Shown piece after piece: positions 1-13,430 of a stretch of 64,000 nt of DNA. This DNA comes from Veleropilina oligotropha (taxonomy: Eukaryota), in contig JBEUKZ010000047.1 in assembly GCA_048128005.1 (NCBI GenBank), positions 62,001-126,000 on the forward strand. Reading direction: 5' to 3'. Each line of letters starts with the position of its first letter. The stretch's first letter is position 1. The notes beneath the pieces are model-generated. The model had not been told where the DNA came from. It made no database searches and worked only from the letters and a program-made list of their open reading frames with translations. Made by a program: the position numbers and the translations under genes.

Positions 1-1668
1 GAAAGTAGTTTCTAATACTGAATGGGGTGCTGATAAAAAAGTTTTATTACGCCTTTACAGATCATTAATTAGATCAAAACTTGATTATGGGAGCATAGTA
101 TATGGCTCTGCTCGCCATTCATATCTTAAAATGCTTGATCCAATCCATAATCAAGGGCTTCGACTTGCACTAGGGGCTTTCCGCACATCACCCATGGAAA
201 GCCTTTATGTCGAAGCCAATGAACCATCTCTTACACACAGACGTGAAAAATTATCACTGCAATATGCAATCAAATTAAAATCACACCCAACTAACCCAGC
301 TTTCGAAACCGTATTTACACCTAATTACGAAAATTTATTTCTGGCAAAACCAAACAAAATTGCGCCATTCGGCATTCGCATAAAACCTGCACTAGAAAGC
401 TCTGGCATACATGTAGCTCAAATTAGAACAATTTACATTCCGGATACTCCCCCATGGACACTTAGGGTGCCGGAAATTGACCTACATCTTACATCACTAA
501 AAAAATCAAACACAGACACATCAGACTATCTCATAAAAGTGCACGATCTGAAATTAAAATATTCGGATCGTGCAAGCATATACACAGATGGTTCAAAAGA
601 TGCAGAATTAGTAGGAGCAGCCGCTGTCGCTGGCAGACAATGTTTTCAAAACCGTCTGCCAGGCAGCGCGACTATATTTACTGCAGAATTGAAGGCAATC
701 GAGCTTGCGCTCAATTTTATCTCAATGAGTAATAGCAAGCGTTTTATTATCTATTCAGACTCCCTCTCTAGCTTACAGGCATTGAGGGGGGTGAATAGAA
801 ACCCTATTATTTTAGATATTTTAATTAAATATAATCACCTTTTACCGGATAATGACATTATTTTATGCTGGATACCGAGCCATATCGGTATCCAGGGTAA
901 CGAGAAGGCTGACCAAGCTGCCAAGGCAGCCTCGCATTTTAACCATACACTAAATTGTAAACTGCCTCATATTGATTTTAAACAAAGCATAAACAAATAC
1001 ATAAATTCTACTTGGCAGCACTCTTGGAGTGAATGCACAAGGAATAAACTGCAGAATGTCCAACCTCTACTTGGCGAATGGGGCCCCTCTTGCAGACCAA
1101 CGCGGCGAGAGGAGGTGGTCTTGGCCAGACTGAGGATTGGGCATTCGCACTACACTCACTCCTACTTGCTTAAAGGGGAGCCTCCACCGGAGTGTATTCC
1201 TTGTGCAACTGCCCTAACAATTAAACATATATTATTGGATTGTGTCGATTTGGATCTCACACGCCAAAAGTACTTTAGGGCAAGCTCACTCCAAGAGTTA
1301 TTTCAATTCACTAAGCTCGAATTAATATTTGAGTTTTTAAAACAAGTAAATATTTTCTACAAGTTATAATTTTATATTTTTATTTCACAATTTTATATCT
1401 TGTTTTATTATTATACTTGTTTTTATCAACCTTTTTATTATTTCACAATTTTGGTATTTTATTGCTTTTATTGTATTTTACCCAAATTTGCAATGGCTTT
1501 ATTTTATTTGGAGAATATTGATTCGTTTTATTTGCACCTTTTTTATTTTTATCAGTATGTAATCCAACTTTTAACATTTTATATTAAATTTTTATCTAGT
1601 TAAATTGACCGACCCGATTATGACCATATAGTGTCGGCGTGGTCGTTAAACAATAATTCAAATCAAAT
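1..1668 (+). mobile_element. I-group LINE family A, 3' part (runs off left edge): end of ORF2, AT-rich 3'UTR, (TCAAA)-type tail
   Basis: ORF 131-1369 has RNase H motifs (YTDGS, AEL.AI, SDSLS, WIPSHIGIQGNE.AD) and a C-terminal CX2CX7HX4C. It ends in GTCGGCGTGGTCGTTAAAC followed by CAAAT repeats. Confidence 0.95.
131..1369 (+). CDS. LINE-A ORF2 C-terminal part (thumb, RNase H, zinc knuckle); true start lies outside the window
   Basis: Open frame with RNase H and CCHC motifs, nearly identical to the other family A copies. Confidence 0.85.
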   Translation: MLDPIHNQGLRLALGAFRTSPMESLYVEANEPSLTHRREKLSLQYAIKLKSHPTNPAFETVFTPNYENLFLAKPNKIAPFGIRIKPALESSGIHVAQIRTIYIPDTPPWTLRVPEIDLHLTSLKKSNTDTSDYLIKVHDLKLKYSDRASIYTDGSKDAELVGAAAVAGRQCFQNRLPGSATIFTAELKAIELALNFISMSNSKRFIIYSDSLSSLQALRGVNRNPIILDILIKYNHLLPDNDIILCWIPSHIGIQGNEKADQAAKAASHFNHTLNCKLPHIDFKQSINKYINSTWQHSWSECTRNKLQNVQPLLGEWGPSCRPTRREEVVLARLRIGHSHYTHSYLLKGEPPPECIPCATALTIKHILLDCVDLDLTRQKYFRASSLQELFQFTKLELIFEFLKQVNIFYKL

Positions 1669-4600
1669 AGTACCGATTGGGGCGGTACTGACACTGATAA
1701 ACGGGGACATCAAATAGAGGACTTTATTGGGAGACACAATATGTGTCTATTTAATACTACCAAATCGCCAACATACATGCATCCACCTACAGGCTCACTT
1801 ACCACCATTGACCTTACCATGTGCGACCCATCTGCTTTCCTGGACTTTACTTGGAAAGTTGGTGAGGACCTCCGCGGAAGCGACCACTTTCCAATTTTCC
1901 TGGAAAGCACAATTAACCAAGCACAAGAACACACTGAAAGGTGGAAACTTCACAAAGCAGATTGGGGGAAATTCCAATCTCTTTGTGAAGACCAATTACA
2001 CGCAGATCACCTTACTAATGGCGAAGACCCAATATCAAGTTTCTCTACAACACTATACGACATTGCAACACTATCAATTCCAAAAACCTGTCCAAATGCC
2101 AAGCACAAAAATAAACCTTGGTTTAATGAAGACTGCAGATAAGCAATCAAAGCACGCATACACGCAATTTCAACATTTAAACAGCACCCAACACTACAAA
2201 ATCTTAATAGCTTTAGGCTATTAAGAGCACAAGCCAGACGTACCATCAAGCACAGCAAAAGGGAATCCTGGCATTCCTACGTTACCAAACTAAACTCTCG
2301 TTCCACTATTAAAAAAAACATGGGAGATGATCCGTAAAATTAGTGGCAAACATACACCCAACTGCATCAAGCACCTTAAAACAAACACATCAGAAGAAAC
2401 CACAGCTAAAGACATTGCAAACACATTGGCAGATACCTTTTCTGCCAATTCATCATCCGCCAACTGCACTCCAAAATTCAGCCGTTTTAAGTATCAGAAA
2501 GAAAAAACAAGGCTCAATTTTAGATCAAACAATACCGAGTCATACAATCAGCCATTTTCACACAAGGAACTCACAGATTCACTAAATAAGGCAAATGACA
2601 CATCAGTTGGCCCTGATGCCATTCACTATCAATTACTTAAGCACTTACCTGCAACATCATTTACAACTCTACTTGCAATATTCAATACTATCTGGGAAAC
2701 TGGAACCTTCCATCCCTCATGGAGGGAAGCTACAATTATCCCAATTGCAAAGGCGGGAAAAGATGCATCACATCCCAACAGTTATCGACCCATAGCCCTG
2801 ACGAGTTGTATTTGTAAAACCATGGAAAGGATGATAAACGAGAGATTAGTTTGGTACTTAGAATCAAATAATTTAATTACAGAATATCAATGTGGGTTCC
2901 GGCGCAACCGGAGCACCACAGATCACTTGGTACGTCTGGAAACTTTTGTTCGTGAGGCCTTCCTAAACAGACAACATTTAGTTGCTGTTTTTTTCGATCT
3001 AGAGAAGGCCTACGACACTACTTGGAAGTATGGCATTATGAAGGATTTGTTTGATTTTTGTTTAAAGGGCCACTTGCCCAATTTTATTTCGAAATTCCTT
3101 GAGGATAGAAATTTTCAAGTCAAGGTGGGTGACACCCTCTCCGATATCCACGACCAGGAGATGGGTGTCCCTCAAGGAAGTATTTTATCAGTCACCCTAT
3201 TCAGTATTAAAATAAACAGTATCGTCAAATGTATTAGTACTGGCACTGACTGTTCATTATTTGTTGACGATTTTGGCATTTGCTATCGTTCAACAAATAT
3301 GAACAGTATAGAACGTCAGCTACAATATGGCCTAAATAAATTACAGACATGGTCCGATGAGAACGGATTTAAATTCTCAAAGGACAAAACTAAATGCATG
3401 CATTTCTGCCAGCGTCGTGAAATTCATGACGACCCTATGCTGAAACTGGATGACATTGAGATTCCAGTGGTGGACCAATTTAAATTTTTAGGCCTTATAT
3501 TTGACCGCAAACTGTCTTTCATACCTCATATAAAATACATCAAAGCCAAATGTAAAAAGACTTTAAATATAATGAAAGTAGTTTCTAATACTGAATGGGG
3601 TGCTGATAAAACAGTTTTATTACGACTATATAGATCATTAATTCGATCAAAACTTGATTATGGGAGCATAGTATATGGCTCTGCTCGCCATTCATATCTT
3701 AAAATGCTTGATCCAATCCATAATCAAGGGCTTCGACTTGCATTAGGGGCTTTTCGCACATCACCCATGGAGAGCCTCTACGTCGAAGCCGATGAACCAT
3801 CTCTTACACTCAAACGTGAAAAACTATCACTACAATATGCAATAAAATTAAAATCAAATCCATCTAACCCAGCTTTCGAAACTGTCTATACACCAAATTA
3901 CGAAAATCTATTTCAGGCAAAACCAAACAAAATTGCACCGTTTGGCATCCGCATAAAACCAGCACTAGAAAATGCAGGCATACATGTAGGTCAAATTAAA
4001 ACAATTCACATTCCGGATACTCCACCATGGACACTAAAAGTACCGGTAATTGATCTACAACTTACATCACTCAAAAAATCAAACACAGAAACAACAGATT
4101 ATCTGTCAAAATTGCACGATCTGAAATTAAAATATTCAGATCATGCAAGCATATACACAGATGGTTCGAAAGATGCAGAATTAGTAGGAGCAGCCGCTGT
4201 CACTGGCAGACAATGTTTTCTAAACCGTCTGCCAGGCAGCGCGACTATATATACTGCAGAACTAAAAGCAATCGAGCTTGCTCTTAATTTTATCTCTACA
4301 AGTACTAAACGGCGTTTTATTATCTATTCAGACTCCCTCTCTAGCTTACAAGCACTGAGGGAGATGAATAGAAATGTTATTGTTCAGGAAATTTTATTAA
4401 ACTATAACAACCTTTTACCTGACAATGACATTGTTTTATGCTGGATACCGCGCCATATCGGTATCCAAGGCAATGAGAAGGCTGACCAAGCTGCCAAGGC
4501 AGCCTCACATTTTAACAATATACTAAATTGTAAACTACCACACTCAGATTTTAAACAAAGCATAAACAAATATATAAATTCTACTTGGCAGCACTCTTGG

Positions 4601-5285
4601 AGTGAATGCACAAGGAATAAACTGCAGAATGTCCAACCTGTTCTTGGTGACTGTGGACCCTCTTGCAGGCCATCTCGGCGAGAGGAGGTCGTCTTGGCCA
4701 GACTGAGAATTGGGCATTCTCACTACACTCACTCCTACTTGCTTAAAGGGGAGCCTCCACCTGAGTGTATTCCTTGTGCAACTGCCCTAACAGTTAAACA
4801 TATATTATTGGATTGTGTCGATTTGGATCTCGCACGCCAAAAGCACTTTAGGGCAAACTCGCTCCAAGAGTTATTTAAATTCACTAAGCTTGAATGCATA
4901 TTTGAGTTTTTAAAACAAGTAAATATTTTTTACAAGTTATAATTTTTTATTTTGTTTCACAAATTTGATATCTTGTTTTTATTATTATACTTGTTTTTTA
5001 TTTTATCGCTTTGCATATTTATATCGTTTTAACCTGTAAATATACCATGTTATGTTCCCTTTTATTGATTTGCTTTTATCCAAATTTGCATTGCCTATTT
5101 TACTTGTAAATATATCGATTCGTTTTTATTATTCTTCACATCTGTTTTATTTTTACTGATATTTTATTATTAAATATGTATCACAACTTTTATCTTTTTA
5201 TATTAAACTATTATATAATTAACTTGACCGACCCGATTATGACCATTATAGTGTCGGCGTGGTCGTTAAACATCAATTCAATCAA
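1667..5285 (+). mobile_element. LINE-A copy interrupted at its 5' side by the preceding copy; ORF2 disrupted
   Basis: Starts in the APE domain (STDWGG). Stop near 2140 and frameshift near 2315. RT/RNase H ORF at 2327-4942, then 3'UTR and tail CATCAATTCAATCAA. Confidence 0.95.
2327..4942 (+). pseudogene. LINE-A ORF2 RT-RNase H portion
   Basis: YRPIAL, FDLEKAYD, GVPQGSILS and FVDD RT motifs plus RNase H. Upstream APE part is frameshifted. Confidence 0.85.
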
Positions 5286-7158
5286 TCGAAAGACTCTAGT
5301 ACTCTTCGAGCTATAACGCTGGTGTATAGTCTTAGCAGTACCGAACTGATTGTCAGTGGTCTCCAGTTGTTAACGTCCTCGAGGCCTTCCGAGGTCTTTG
5401 GAAGAAGGATAGATCGATTCTCCTTCACCACTGACGGGATTTTTGATGTGCAAAGCCAAGTGTTGAACATGTTAGTCAAGAACAGCCCCTTCGGTTCGCT
5501 CGTGATCACCGTTCTTAAGCCAATACCATCAGGACCTTTGGCCGAGTCCGTTTTAGCCCGGGCTAGCGCGCGCATAACCTCTCCGACCTTAATGGGTTTA
5601 CATAGCTTAGCGTTGTCTACTGGATGTGGAACCGGATTCGGATCGAGGTTGACCGGTTGTGACTCGCCCCCAAAACGAGCTCTGTACGTGCTTTCCTTGT
5701 CAACAGGATCGAGCTCACATTTCGTGTCGAGCTCTTTTTGATCGAGGATGATCTTAGCCAACCCTGTCCTGTTCTCTTGGAACAGGTATTGGTGGCTGTG
5801 ATATTTTGACGCCTTCTCCATGGCTTTATCGCCCATGGGCTTGCCCTGTTTCATCCTGATGCTTTTGACTTTCTGTTTCCGCTTAGGCGCACTCGTTTTG
5901 CACTCAGTGATCAGGCTGCCAAGAAGAGCGTCCATATCACTCTCATCATATTTCCCATCTGCCGCACTAGTTAGGATTAACGCACTCTTCGAGACCAGGT
6001 AGCCTTTACCGTTCTTGCAAACGGCCTCATGGAAAGCATCTTTATCCATGATGGACTTGGGCTGCTGCACCTTTGTTGGTGCTTCATTTGGTTTGACCGG
6101 TTCGGGTTCCGTCTCAATATGTCTCGTCTTAGTGAGGCCGAGACCAGCGCATCTAGTACCCACTTGTTTGGCTGAGCTTCCTGGAAAGAATTCAGCAATC
6201 TTCATGTTGATTGACCTATCCCCAACAAGTTGGGTGTTCAGTTCCATGATAAGCCGATCATCCTCCGGAGAGAATATCTTCGATCTGACAGTAGGGTGCT
6301 GTCCCCCCTGCCCGCTCGGACAATTGGCCGGCCCGAGCATCTCGCTTTCGGACGATCTCCTCCCTTAGAGCCTTTATCCGCCTTTCGTTCGCCACGATTG
6401 GGTGGCGATGGCGGATGTGCTGACCCAGTCCTACCTTCGTTTCAAAGGACTGGCTGCAGTTCTCACACGGACATAGGAACTATCGCTCCGGTGTTGCAGT
6501 TTCATCAGCGGGTCTTATGAGGCCCTTTCTGCATTTGCCGTGATGGATGGCAATGCCTTTCAGGGATGGAAGAGTTTTACGACACAGGCGGCACATGAAC
6601 CTGATGAATTCATTTGAGTGTATGTCCTCCATATGATTCATCAGAGCCTGGGGATCGATGAATGATTCCCGACAGGCCGCACAAGTATGTTCTCGATAAG
6701 GGTACAATATGGTGACGGTGGAGTCACCGCCCTCCATGGTTTCAATTGGTACGTCTTCCGAAGGCTCGAAATCCGTTGTGCTGAAGTCGACACCCAGCCA
6801 ATCCGGGAGGTTACCTGGACGAACCAGGACCTGATGGACGTAAATGCAACTCCGCGTGAATACCATGTCAGGTATGTACCGCACGATAGCTTCCCTATCT
6901 CGTGGTTGGGCTACTAGGTGGTGGGCTGCCATTCCTAGTCCCCTTCCACGTTCCGGACTCGAGGCAATGGGGTTGGCCAGCTGGGACCTTCCCCCGGCGC
7001 TTTTTATAGCAGGGTGCCGACTGCTGCATATCTCTGGGTGTATCCAAGATAGTCATATTATCGATCAGGTAGAGCCGGATGCTTACTGAGATAATTTGCT
7101 GGTAGCGATTTGTTTCGGTCTTTCGACTTACTCACGACTCACCACGGGGAGGTTGCTA
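5286..7158 (-). mobile_element. R2 retrotransposon copy 1 (5' half; 3' half replaced by LINE-A)
   Basis: Three N-terminal zinc fingers (CCHH, CCHC, CCHH), Myb-like region and start of RT (WRPLTI). Its 5' end TAGCAACC is at 7158. Confidence 0.93.
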
Positions 7159-8647
7159 TTAGAGGAAGAGAACACATATAATCTTGCGTTCGTAGTCCGT
7201 GTCATGTTTCCGCCCCATGTGGGCCTACGTTCAACGCCGCGGATCTACGAGATGTTCATTATGATCGTACTACCCCACCGTGGCTATTCCGACCTCAGCC
7301 AAGGGTGTGGTGGCCCTTAGCTTCTGGCCATGTAGCCGCCCTTATCCACTTACCCAGCGATTCGGGTAAGTATAAGGCCCTGTTGAGCTCGAAACGGACA
7401 CATATACGGCACATGGCTTTCGCCTTTATTCGGAACAATGTACAGGAAAATGGATGAATACGATCAAAAGTGCAACGGCGCAAACATATGTACACGATCG
7501 GTGTCACAGCTGGCCCCAGTCCCCCGGGCTCGGCTTATAAGTCCATAAACAAATGGAGGAGGTTTATGGTACCCTTGAGTGCTAGCCTTGCTAGATGGTC
7601 TGCGAACCCCCGATCTCGGATTCCTAGCTTTCTCAAGGTTCGCGAGTTGTCAGCTGTCCATCCTCCCCGACAGCCAACAGCCAGTCCACATACTGTGACT
7701 GATTCAGCACCAAAACGGTCTTTGATTTGATCCACCAGATGTGCATATTTCCGTACCTTCTCAGCATTTGCTATGCAGATTGAACGGTCGGATCAATGAC
7801 CATTGCTGTGCCCTCTCTTGTCATAACCAGGTCAGGCTTCCAGTTCCTACCAGTTTCATCACGAATACGAGGTTCGTAGCATACGACCCAACCTACACTC
7901 TTGCAACTGTTGGCCAGGGTGTCCCCAATCATGTTATGACGTTTTATCCGATACGCTTTAACCTTCGGACAGTGTCCCGATATATGCCCCACTGTCTCTG
8001 TCGTTAGTCCACAGTGACGACAGAGTGCATCCGACGGACGCCCCGCGCGGGCCAGTGTTGCTCTACATGGGAAGGTATCTGTTCTAAGTTTAATCGCCGT
8101 GATAAACTCGCTCTCGGACAGGAATACACGGGCCGGATCTAGCCAGGAGTTTGCCTCCATCCTACTCAGGTAGTTCCTCCCTTTGCCTGCACAGCTCAGA
8201 TCGGACCAGTCCTTGATCGCAACCTTTCGCCAGTTCGCTTTACCCTTCGCCCCCTTTGGTGGCGGAATCCCTGACTTAGTGGCATACGACATGATCTCGT
8301 CATTCGTACGCATCACCTCACACATCCTTCGGATCTTGGGGTCTTTGCTGTGGGTGATGCTGTTAAGCAGGTTCATCCGCCCCGCCGGTACACTACTAAC
8401 AAACTCCGGAAGGCCGAGGCCCCCTTTGGTTTTCTGCGTACAGGAAAGCGTTTGCAGAACATTCAGGAAGTGAGAACCACTTCCTCACATGTCTTCTGAC
8501 CATGTGATCTAGATCCAGTAATACCCCTTTCGGGTATTTTTCCATCATCAACGGGTACGTTATCCTCGGGAACGCATACATGGTGAGCATAACAAGCTTT
8601 TGCCGCAGCTTGAGCAAAGCCTTATCTATACTCATCAGCATGCCTCG

Positions 8648-11600
8648 GACTCTTGCTCCAAACCACCCATTTGCTGCAATTGCAAAGGCAGTCATTGTGC
8701 ATATTCAAAGGACTGCCCGAAGTGGAAACACGAGAATGAGATCCAGAGGGTCAAGACCATCGACCGGATCTCTTTCCCTGATGCCAGGAAACTCGTAGAA
8801 TCCAGGACCACTTCGGGTAGATCCTATGCTGCAATTGTCGCAGCAAAGGAGCAAGACCAGTCACTAGAACCTCTTCCACCCAAACAGACATCACCTGGTC
8901 ATTTGACGAACCATCCTATAGAGTTTTGCCATCTCGGGCCAAATCAACATCATCATCATCAGAATCGACACAAACATCAAAACCGATCAAACCTACTCGC
9001 AACTCGACAAAAGAGACTGCTGCTCTTTCTAAAGCAGCAGTCTCAAAAAGAACCATTAAGCCAGCCAGACAGCCCAAAGGGTCCGAGGACCCAATTAAGC
9101 TGCACAATCGCTTTGATCATCTGATGGAAACCATCGAACCATCAGATGACCAAAGCGATCCTGACACCATCATCAACGACCTTGCCGCTGACATAGTTGC
9201 TGCTGCTACCGAGAAGGGTAGGAAGGCAGCAGCAGCAGCCAAAGTCAAGCTTAACCGACAGACTAAGGTGGTGGATGATCCACCCCTACCACCACCGTCT
9301 GTCGAAGATCCAATGGATGACAGTAAGGCATTGGATCGGCCAGCGGCAAAGCCCATACCTTCAAAAAAGCCCGTACTTCCACCAAACAAATAGTAAATTA
9401 AAGCAAAGCACGAATTACTTACATAAATACACCAACAACACAACATGACAGGTACACTGATACAATGGAATTGTAGAGGCATTAAACCGAATATTAATGA
9501 GATCAATTTACTTATACAAGACCACAAACCAATAGCATTTTGTCTCAATGAAACTTACATGAAACTCACAGACAACATACGCATTAAAGATCATTCACTA
9601 TATAATCACATTGTTACCACAGGTGACAAGGCTACAGGGGGGGTTTCAATCATCATCAACAACAAAACACCACACAGCCAGGTCAACTTAAACACCAACT
9701 TACAGGCAGTAGCGGTGAAAATATCAACTCACCGAGTGATAACCATTTGCTCGATATACTTACCGCCTAGCATAAACATACATCCTACTGACCTTGACGA
9801 TCTCATCGATCAGCTACCGACCCCATTTGTACTGTGTGGCGATTTTAACGCCCATAGTACTGATTGGGGCGGTACTGACACTGATAAACGGGGACATCAA
9901 ATAGAGGACTTTATTGGGAGACACAATATGTGTCTATTTAATACTACCAAATCGCCAACATACATGCATCCACCTACAGGTTCACTTACCACCATTGACC
10001 TTACCATGTGCGATCCAACTGCTTTCCTGGACTTTACTTGGAAAGTTGGTGAAGACCTCCACGGAAGCGACCACTTTCCAATTTTCCTGGAAAGCACAAT
10101 CAATCAAGCACAAGAACATACAGAAAGGTGGAAACTTCGCAAAGCAGATTGGGAGAAATTCCAATCTCTTTGTGAAGAGCAATTACACTCGCATCAATTA
10201 ACTCATGGCGAAGACCCAATATCAAGTTTCTCTACAACACTACATGACATTGCAACACTCTCAATTCCAAAAACCTGTCCAAATGCCAAACACAAAAATA
10301 AACCTTGGTTTAATGAAGACTGCAGACAAGCAATCAAAGCACGCATACATGCAATTTCAACATTTAAACAGCACCCAACACTACAAAATCTTAATAGCTT
10401 TAGGCTATTAAGAGCACAGGCCAGACGTACCATCAAGCACAGCAAAAGGGAATCCTGGCATTCCTACGTTACCAAACTAAACTCTCGTTCCACTATTAAA
10501 AAAACATGGGATATGATCCGTAAAATTAGCGGCAAACATACACCCAACTGCATCAAGCACCTTAAAACAAACACATCAGAAGCAACCACAGCTAAAGACA
10601 TTGCCAACACAATGGCAGATACCTTTTCCGCCAATTCATCATCCGACAACTGCACTCCAAAATTCAGCCGTTTTAAGCATCAAAAAGAAAAAACAAGGCT
10701 CAATTTTCGATCCAACAATACAGAGTCGTACAATCAGCCATTTTCACACAAGGAACTCACAGATTCACTATACAAGGCACATGACACATCAGTTGGCCCT
10801 GATGACATTCACTATCAATTACTTAAGCACTTACCTGGAACATCACTTACAACTCTACTTGCAATATTCAATACTATCTGGGAAACTGGAACCTTCCCTC
10901 CCTCGTGGAGGGAAGCTACAATTATCCCAATTGCAAAGGCGGGAAAAGATAAATCACATCCCAACAGTTATCGACCCATAGCCCTGACGAGTTGTATTTG
11001 TAAAACCATGGAACGGATGATAAACGAGAGATTAGTTTGGTACTTAGAATCAAATAATTTACTTACAGAATATCAATGTGGGTTCCGGCACAACCGGAGC
11101 ACCACAGATCACTTGGTACGTCTGGAAACTTTTGTTCGTGAGGCCTTCCTAAACCTACAACATTTAGTTGCTGTTTTTTTCGATCTAGAGAAGGCCTACG
11201 ACACTACTTGGAAGTACGGGATTATGAATGATTTGTTTGATTTTGGTTTAAAGGGCCACTTGCCCAATTTTATTTCGAAATTCCTTGAGGATAGAAATTT
11301 TAAAGTTAAGGTGGGTGACACCCTCTCCGATATCCACGACCAGGAGATGGGTGTCCCTCAAGGAAGTATTTTATCAGTCACCCTATTCAGTATTAAAATA
11401 AACAGTATCGTCAAATGTATTAGTACTGGCACTGACTGTTCATTGTTTGTTGACGATTTTGGCATTTGCTATCGTTCAACAAATATGAACAGTATAGAAC
11501 GCCAGCTACAACATGGCCTAAATAAATTACAGATATGGTCCGATGAGAATGGATTTAAATTCTCAAAGGACAAAACTAAATGCATGCACTTCTGCCAGCG

Positions 11601-13430
11601 TCGTGAAATACATGACGACCCTGCGTTGAAGCTGGATGACTTTGAGATACCAGTGGTAGACGAATTTAAATTTTTAGGCCTTGTATTTGACCGAAAACTG
11701 TCTTTCATACCGCATTTAAAATACATTAAAGCTAAATGTAAAAAAGCTTTAAATATAATTAAAGTAGTTTCTAATACTGAATGGGGTGCTGATAAAACAG
11801 TTTTATTACGACTATATAGATCATTAATTAGATCAAAACTTGATTATGGGAGCATTGTATATGGCTCTGCTCGCCATTCATACCTTAAAATGCTTGATCC
11901 AATCCATAACCAAGGGCTTCGACTTGCACTGGGGGCTTTCCGTACATCACCCATGAAAAGCCTCTATGTCGAAGCCAACGAACCATCTCTTACACTCAGA
12001 CGTGAAAAATTATCACTACAATATGCAATAAAATTAAAATCAAATCCATATAACCCTGCTTTCGAAACTGTATTTACACCAAATTATGAACATCTATATC
12101 AGGCAAAACCAAACAAAATTGCACCATTTGGCATCCGCATTAAACCAGCACTAGAAAACGCAGGCATACATGTAGGTCAAATTAAAACAAATCACATTCC
12201 GGATACTCCACCATGGACACTAAAAGTACCGGTAATTGATCTACAACTTACATCACTAAAAAAATCAACCACAGACACATCAGATTATCTCATAAAAGTG
12301 CACGATCTGAAATTAAAATATTCAGATCGTGCAAGCATATACACAGATGGTTCAAAAGATGCAGAATTAGTAGGAGCAGCCGCTGTCACTGGCAGACAAT
12401 GTTTTCAAAACCGTCTGCCAGGCAGCGCGACTATTTATACTGCAGAACTAAAAGCAATCGAGCTTGCTCTTAATTTTATCTCTACAAGTACTAAACGGCG
12501 TTTTATTATCTATTCAGACTCCCTCTCTAGCTTACAAGCACTGAGGGAGATGAATAGAAATGTTATTGTTCAGGAAATTTTATTAAACTAACAACCTTTT
12601 ACCTGACAATGACATTGTTTTATGCTGGATATCCAAGGCAATGAGAAGGCTGACCAAGCTGCCAAGGCAGCCTCACATTTTAACAATATACTAAATTGTA
12701 AACTACCACACTCAGATTTTAAACAAAGCATAAACAAATATATAAATTCTACTTGGCAGCACTCTTGGAGTGAATGCACAAGGAATAAACTGCAGAATGT
12801 CCAACCTCTTCTTGGTGACTGGGGACCCTCTTGCAGGCCATCTCGGCGAGAGGAGGTCGTCTTGGCCAGACTGAGAATTGGGCATTCTCACTACACTCAC
12901 TCCTACTTGCTTAAAGGGGAGCCTCCACCTGAGTGTATTCCTTGTGCAACTGCCCTAACAATTAAACATATATTATTGGATTGTGTCGATTTGGATCTCG
13001 CACGCCAAAGGTATTTTAGGGCAAATTCACTCCAAGAGTTATTTAATCTTAATAAGCTCGAAGCCATATTTGAATTTTTAAAACAGGTAAATATTTTCCA
13101 TAAGTTATTATTTAATTTATACTTTTATTTCCTTTATGACTAAATTCTACATAATTTTATTTTATTATTATACTATTTTATTATTATACTCGTTTTTAGC
13201 AAACATTTGATCTTATTTTTATCCCAATTTGCATTGTGTTTATTTTACTTGTAAATATATTGAATTGTTTTTATTATTTATCACATGTTTTATTGCATTG
13301 ATATTTTATTAGTAAATATATATCTCAACTTTTAACTTTTTATATTAAACTATTGTATAATTAACTTGACCGACCCGATTATGACCATTAGTGTCGGCGT
13401 GGTCGTTAAACATCAAATCAAATCAAATCA
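8648..13430 (+). mobile_element. 5'-truncated LINE-A inserted antisense into R2 copy 2
   Basis: Begins in the ORF1 zinc knuckle (CCNCKGSH). ORF2 starts at 9445 and the tail (CAAAT)3 ends at 13430. Confidence 0.95.
9445..13109 (+). pseudogene. LINE-A ORF2 (APE-RT-RNase H), frameshifted in RNase H near 12590
   Basis: QWNCRG, GDFNAH, GSDHFP APE motifs, then RT. The ORF breaks at 12591 and resumes in ORF 12622-13143. Confidence 0.88.

Noticed and set aside
1400..1603. Hydrophobic F/Y/I/L-rich ORFs in LINE 3'UTRs (also 25150, 35873, 39256)
   Set aside because: An artefact of T-rich composition; frames are not conserved between copies.
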